DNA from: Eledone cirrhosa | Lineage: Eukaryota | NCBI GenBank assembly: GCA_964016885.1 | Contig: OZ024745.1 | Span: 106,454,001-106,518,000 of the forward strand | DNA: 64,000 bases | Direction of reading: 5' to 3' | Shown here: in pieces, positions 56,871 through 64,000 of the stretch | How the letters are laid out: every line of letters begins with the position of its first letter | Numbering within the stretch: position 1 is the stretch's first letter | Position numbers and translations under genes: made by a program | The notes under the pieces: generated by a model | What the model was told of the DNA's origin: nothing | The model's input: the letters and a program-made list of their open reading frames with translations, nothing else | The model's database searches: none

Positions 56871-58846
56871 TTCTTTATTTGCCACAAGGGCGCACAAGAA
56901 AAGGGGACAATACAAAGACATGCCGGGGATTTTACATACAGTCATGTAAAAAAATATAAAACAAACAATTACAACAATCGAAATCCCCAATAGGGGGGAA
57001 GACGATTCTGCCTTGACGAAAGTTTTGCCCTCCGTCTCCACCTTGGGGTTTTGGGAGATTACCTCCATCAAACTCTTGTTGTTTGTGTTGATGTATGCGT
57101 ATTGTTGTTTGTGTTTTTGTTGTGTTGTTTTAGTTTGTTGTTCGTCCGGGAGTTTTCTTTTTATGGTGGGTGCTTGTGTTTGGGGTGGTGTTGGTGTTGG
57201 TTTTGCTGGTAGGGGGATGTTTGACTGTGGTGTTGTTTGTGTTGTTGTTTGTGTCTGCGGTTGTGTGTTGGTGTTGGTGATTGGAGTTTTGGGGGTTTTG
57301 TGGTGTCTCTTTTTTTGTTGTTTTTTTTAGATTTCCGCGGCTCTCCCTCTTTTTCACTTAAAGAAGGAGAAGAAGCTTCATCCGTCGATGAATAATCATC
57401 GTCAGAAGTGTGGGGTATGGGTATGTTGTGTGGAGGTGGTGTTTCGGTGTGTGTGTTTGTGGTAGTGTTTGATGGAGTGGGGTGGGGCTGTGTTCTTCAG
57501 GGCTGTTGTCTCTGTTTTTCTGTTGTTGTTAGTTGAGTGGCTGTTTGTTTTGGTGTGGTTGCTCGTTTCGTCTGTTGTTGTACTTGTGGTGGTGGTGGTT
57601 GTTTTGGTGTTGGTGTTGGTAATAGTGTTTTTTTAATGATGTTGTTGTGGTGTGTTTGTGAAGGACAGGAGGATTTTAGGTGTGCTGTGCTACCAAGACG
57701 AAAGAAATGAAGTTTTCGTCCTTCTACCGAAATGTTTATTTTGTTGTTGTCGTCGATGACGACTTTTTCGGGTATTTTGGAGATTCTCTCCGGCCTCATT
57801 TGCAACAGAATCTCCAAATCAGTACCCGCCCACCTTTGTTGAATAGACTTTCGTATTGAAAGAATCATATCAGTTTCTGGCTCTACGAAGCCAGCCAAGA
57901 TCCACCGGATGTTAATGTTTGGCGGTATATTTTTTTTTGTGTCCTTTTTCCCATGTATGTAGGGAAAAAGGTGAATGCTTTTGACACCATTGGTGTCACA
58001 GAATGTTTTGGGGCGAGTGCCTCGCTTTTAAACAGTACGGAAGCACTTCCGTACTGTTTCCTCGTTGGAGAACTTCCTTCAAGGTATCTTCTATATCTCC
58101 CTGACTAACAAATATCGGCTTTCTCATGGTATTGGATACAGTCCTAAAGGTCATTGTCCTTCGAACTGTGTCTTCTTTTATTTCGAGGGGTGAGTTTATT
58201 CTAAACACACCCTTCTCTTCGAAAGTTACAAATTTTCTCTCTTGCATTGGAGATATCTAGATTTATAAAATCTTGTTTTTTGTTCACTGTTTCAGCGAAA
58301 GACATTTGTTTTGTGTGGTGTTGCTGTTGTTGTTGTTGTTATTATCGTTGTTAGCCTCGGTGTTGGAAATCTCAGGTCCTTGACGAGGTGAAACTTTATG
58401 TGTAGATGTATCTGTGGAGTTGTTGATGTTTTTTTCATGTGTATGTATGTTAATAGGTTTAATTCCTGTGTTTTCATTTTCTCCGCTTCGACGGTAGAAA
58501 TTGTACAATCTTCAAGTGGTAATATTTTTTCCCCTTTGTTGACAGTCGTATCTATGGCGACGTCCATAGTAGCAGATATAACGTTAAAATCTTCCTCTTT
58601 CTCTCTCTTTTCTCTGTCGACGTTCTCTAGCGTTCTTTTGATATATTAAAACAAAGTTTGATATTTTAAAACAATTTTTAAATTAAGTTTTCGCCCCGAA
58701 AGAGGCGAAAAATGGGATTGCCACCCAGCTGACAATTCAGCTTGGCGGTTACTCTACAAAATAATTTGTTTTTTCAAACAATTTGTTCTGTTTTTCGTAT
58801 ATAAATTTACAAAAAATCTCACCGGCGATGTTCCACGCGTCAGGCA
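56871..58846 (-). mobile_element. ORF1-only Tx1/L1-like non-LTR element inside (GATA)n
   Basis: Frameshifted ORF1-like pieces with VEGRK..FRLGSTAHLKSSCP (decayed CCHC knuckle) and P/T/Q-rich tail; 3' end gcaaataaaga; (GATA)n on both sides. Confidence 0.65.
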
Positions 58847-58847
58847 A

Positions 58848-60140
<1,293 letters not shown>

Positions 60141-60177
60141 GTAGATACACGCACACACACACACACAAATATATATA

Positions 60178-60308
60178 TAACGAAGGAAATGTGGTAAGGA
60201 ACCAGGTGGACCATAACGCACCAAAGTACTCAATACTTAGGGTACTAGAGTGGGTAATAGGAACGAGTAGGACCCCAACGGCTGAGCTCAGCCGTCGGAG
60301 TCCTACTC

Positions 60309-60312
<4 letters not shown>
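60178..60312 (-). mobile_element. Family G end, folded back at stem III
   Basis: Same tail as 429-511; turns on the palindrome cggctgagctcagccg. Confidence 0.8.
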
Positions 60313-60356
<44 letters not shown>

Positions 60357-60357
60357 G

Positions 60358-60648
60358 TGTGGAGGCACGTGACCTAGTGGTAAGGGTGTCGGACTTACGA
60401 TAATAGTGTTGTAGGTTCGATTCTAAGGTTGCGTGTTGTGTTCTTGAGCAAAATACTTCATTTCACGTTGCTCCAGTGTATTCAGCTGAAAGTGAGTACC
60501 AACTATAGCTGGAGGTTTACCCCTGCGATGGACTGGCGCCCTTTTCAGGGGAGGGGGGAGTCTTGTACACTCAGTCGCTTCACACAATGAAACTGGGATA
60601 AGCACCGGCCAAATGAGCCTTCTGGCTTAAGACAGACTTAAGACTTTT
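60358..60648 (+). mobile_element. tRNA-derived SINE S2 (CORE-like), full length
   Basis: A box tgacctagtgg, B box ggttcgattc, CORE-like gtgttcttgagcaaaatacttcatttcac, cctgcgatggactggcg block, short repeat tail agactt. Confidence 0.85.
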
Positions 60649-60784
60649 TTAGATACACATATATACATATATATGTAGAGGTTATATTTAATTTGTTGGG
60701 ATACAACAAGCAAGAGATTCCAACCAGAATGGTTGCATTTTTTCAGGGTATGTCAATATTTATTTATAAAACTAACCTATATTA

Positions 60785-60850
60785 TATTTTATCTGATGAA
60801 AGCGCACCATAGTTTGCCTTGGTGGCCCTTGAAATATGTATAATGAAATA
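60785..60850 (+). ncRNA. Hammerhead ribozyme (family B, subfamily 2)
   Basis: tattttat-CTGATGA-aag..cca/tgg..ctt-GAAA-tatgta-TA-atgaaata. Confidence 0.75.
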
Positions 60851-60907
60851 AATCTGGTTTTATAAATATAGTTTCCATTTGTTAATATATTGTATATATA
60901 TATATAT

Positions 60908-61642
60908 TGTTTCTCTCCTTCTCACTTCCTCCCGTTTGGCTAGTAGTGGGTTCACTCGCTTTACGCGATTTACTTGTGTCCCAATAGCTTTTTTTAGTTA
61001 TTTCTCGCACCAACCTGAGGTATATGATTTTTAATGCGATGGAATATCAATGATGGTTGGCAAATCACTGATGAAGTACTATTTTTATCATATGTAACCC
61101 ATGTGCAACCACGCAGTATTCTTCTTTCTTCTCATGATTTTTATATATATTTACCTCGGCTGCGTTTGTCTGTTTTTCTCTTACTGCTTCCCCGTTCTCT
61201 CTGTTGCTCTCACCTTCTTTCGCCCCCTCTGTCAGTTACACTTTCTCTCGACTGACCTCTTCCGCGCACTTCCACTCACTCACTCTCTGTTTCTCCCCTT
61301 CTCACTTCCTCCCGTTTGGCTAGTAGTGTGTTCTCTTCTTGCTCACCTCTCACTCACGACGGACGGTCTGTGTCTTGAACGCTCATGAAATCCACCCAGC
61401 TTATGCTGACCGAAAAACCATGTTGCTTGTTTATTCCCATCTTTGCGTTGCTTTCATTCTTCTATGTTGTTTATTTGTCTCACTCGCTTTACGCGATTTA
61501 CTTGTGTCCCATTAGCTTTTTTTAGTTATTTCTCGCACCAACCTGATTTTTAATGCGATGAAATATCAATGATGGTTGGACGAAGGACTATTTTTATCAT
61601 ATGTAACCCATGTGCAACCACGCAGTATTCTTCTTTCTTGTC

Positions 61643-61650
<8 letters not shown>
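60908..61650 (+). mobile_element. Family F partial tandem (~530-bp period), TA-flanked
   Basis: cactcgctttacgcgatttac at ~60954 and ~61481; second shared block at 60908 and 61288. Confidence 0.75.
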
Positions 61651-61706
<56 letters not shown>

Positions 61707-63518
61707 CATACATATATATAGAGAGAGAGAGAGAAAGAGAGAAAGAGAAGGAAAGAGTTATATATGAATTTGTTTGTATGTATATACACACGATCTGTAT
61801 GTGTGCTGAAGTTTACTAATATAGCCCACTTTCTGACTTTATACGCCAATAAAAACCTTTAATCCTTAACCAATTTAATCCAATTAAGATGGCTAAAGTA
61901 CATTCCAATTTTTCCTAGCACATTTGGTTAATGTTTTTACGCGTTAATCTAGTATGGGTGGATAATAACTATTTTGAAAATGCATGCACTTTAAACATAA
62001 TCTGTCGAGCTATGTGCCGAAAATAAGTCGGACTTAATGAATTAAAACTACGTGTTTATATAATGAGAGAGTTTACGTAGTATGTTGCGAATTTATTAAA
62101 TATAATTACTTTTGTATTTATTTCTGTAATTATCATAATATTAATTGTAGTAATTAATTTAAATGTGTGGATAATTTAGTTAATCCCCACTAATCAAATA
62201 ATTACTATGAAACTTTACTGTAGTTAAGGCAACTGTATATTATTAAATATAAATGACAAAATATTTTACTGGCCAATCCGAAAGACTGTACTTGTTTGGT
62301 TTATCTCCTAGGAGTAACGGTCAGAACTTGTTTAAATACCCCCATATTAGTAGGGAATGATGTCCTATAAAACCTTTCAATGATATTCCTTCACAACTGG
62401 GATGCCTTCGATCAAGTCTATCCGACGTTCTAACGACTCTGCTAATTCGCCGCATGTTTTATCAGTTACTAGCATTTAAAAAGGGGATTCGATGAAATGA
62501 TCATACTGTTATGCTTGGCTGATTTTTATAGATGAAAACTGGACTTGTTTTGGTGCCAAATCTATACTATAAAGCTGACGGCTGCTGACTTGAGAGGACG
62601 TACGGTATCTTTGCACTGGAGTGTAGGTGGGATTCCTGAAAAGATAAAATGCCGGTATACCTAGCCGAGCGCCAGCCGGATGGGCCAGCTAGTTAATAAA
62701 TACGTCGCCAGGTGGACACTTGATTCCTCGGTGCTTTTATGACATATTTTGTGTAGCAAACAGTCAAACCAGGTAACCTGCTTGACAATAAAAAGAAAAC
62801 TTGATGTACTGCTTCGTACTGATGCAACGAGAGTTTTAGGTTCTTCCTCCCCTTCTTTCTAATACGCTAAGGATGTCATGTAAACAAAATCTATTTTTAA
62901 AAATTGAAACATTAGCAGTATCAATTTTTAAACTATTGAAATATATGCGTGGTTTAAATTGTAATAATTTAAAAAAATAATTTGTAGCTGAAGTACAGGA
63001 CACATATTCTGCTACTGAATGGTAGAGTGGATTTAATAGATTGCTACTTATTTTATCGAACACGAAATGCAGGGATGATCACCATGGGATATGAAATGAA
63101 AACGTAAAGAAACCTACTTAATGACCCTATAATATTTTATCCGAAGATTTACTGATTCAACGAATCTAACATACTTCGTCCATTATACACTCGCTATTTG
63201 ATTATAAAAACTAGTTTTAAAATATGTTTTGCAGACAAATGTATTACTTCAGATAATTAATCTATTTTTTTCGCTTTCAATTCTGAATATATAAACTAAT
63301 TATATATGCATGGTGCAATTAATTGCATGTAAATATGTAATAAGGGTATTATTTAAACCTCATTGATTTGTTTTTACTTCTATAACTTGCAAGACTGAGT
63401 GGCGACTGGTTTAAACATGACTCAGAACATAGGAAGCAGTTTTAAAGTGGTGGCCATATGAATAAAACATATATATATATATATATGTATATATATGTGT
63501 GTGTATGCGTGTGAGTAT

Positions 63519-63561
<43 letters not shown>

Positions 63562-63817
63562 TGTGTATGTGTAATTGTGTTTGTGTGTGATATTTATGCT
63601 ATTACACGGTGTATATTAGAAGAGTTAAGATAAATTAAACGAAGATATAACTATCTCGTAAATAGAGGAAGGTGACCAGAAACTAAATTATTAATTCCTC
63701 TTAACGGGATATTTAATAAATAAGACAGCACAACAGCTCGACATATACTCAATGCTATGACTTTATGTTTATGTGAATTAAACGGATGTTTGAACTTTAC
63801 ATTGACTACATAAAAAT

Positions 63818-64000
63818 AATTGTTTCTACTTTTGGCACAAGGCCAGCAATTACCCAGTGTATTACTGGTACTTTATTTTATCGACCCCGTAAGGATGAAA
63901 GGCAAAGTTAACCTCGGCGGGATTTGAACTCAGAATGGCAAGGGCCGTAACTCTGTGCGTCAAAGCATGGCGTCCGACCCTCTACCGATACTGCCAATCC
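63818..64000 (-). mobile_element. SINE S1 (runs to window end)
   Basis: Reverse complement of the S1 consensus. Confidence 0.9.

Overview
AT-rich, microsatellite-saturated animal genomic DNA (intronic or intergenic; the SINEs and the TA/CA/GATA density suggest a cephalopod such as octopus, which is inference). There is no intact protein-coding gene, and almost all ORF-track entries are microsatellite translations. The main result is a dense set of hammerhead ribozyme (HHR) retroelements, nearly all inserted into (TA)n tracts. By hand I find about 20 HHR or HHR-like motifs from roughly ten unrelated families. Canonical type I HHRs occur in a 629-bp tandem array (3 copies), a 318-bp unit and a ~510-bp insert, and a decayed one occurs in a 665-bp unit. 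Minimal palindromic-stem-III HHRs occur in Penelope-like (GIY-YIG) element ends. Many inserts fold back on themselves, often turning at the ribozyme and ending at family-specific internal TA microhomologies. Also present: more than 25 tRNA-derived SINE copies (two families), RTE LINE fragments, an ORF1-only Tx1/L1-like element inside a (GATA)n tract, a decayed Gypsy-like pol, several MITEs, a 200-N gap and two weak host-exon candidates. All folds were done by eye and none was tested computationally or experimentally.
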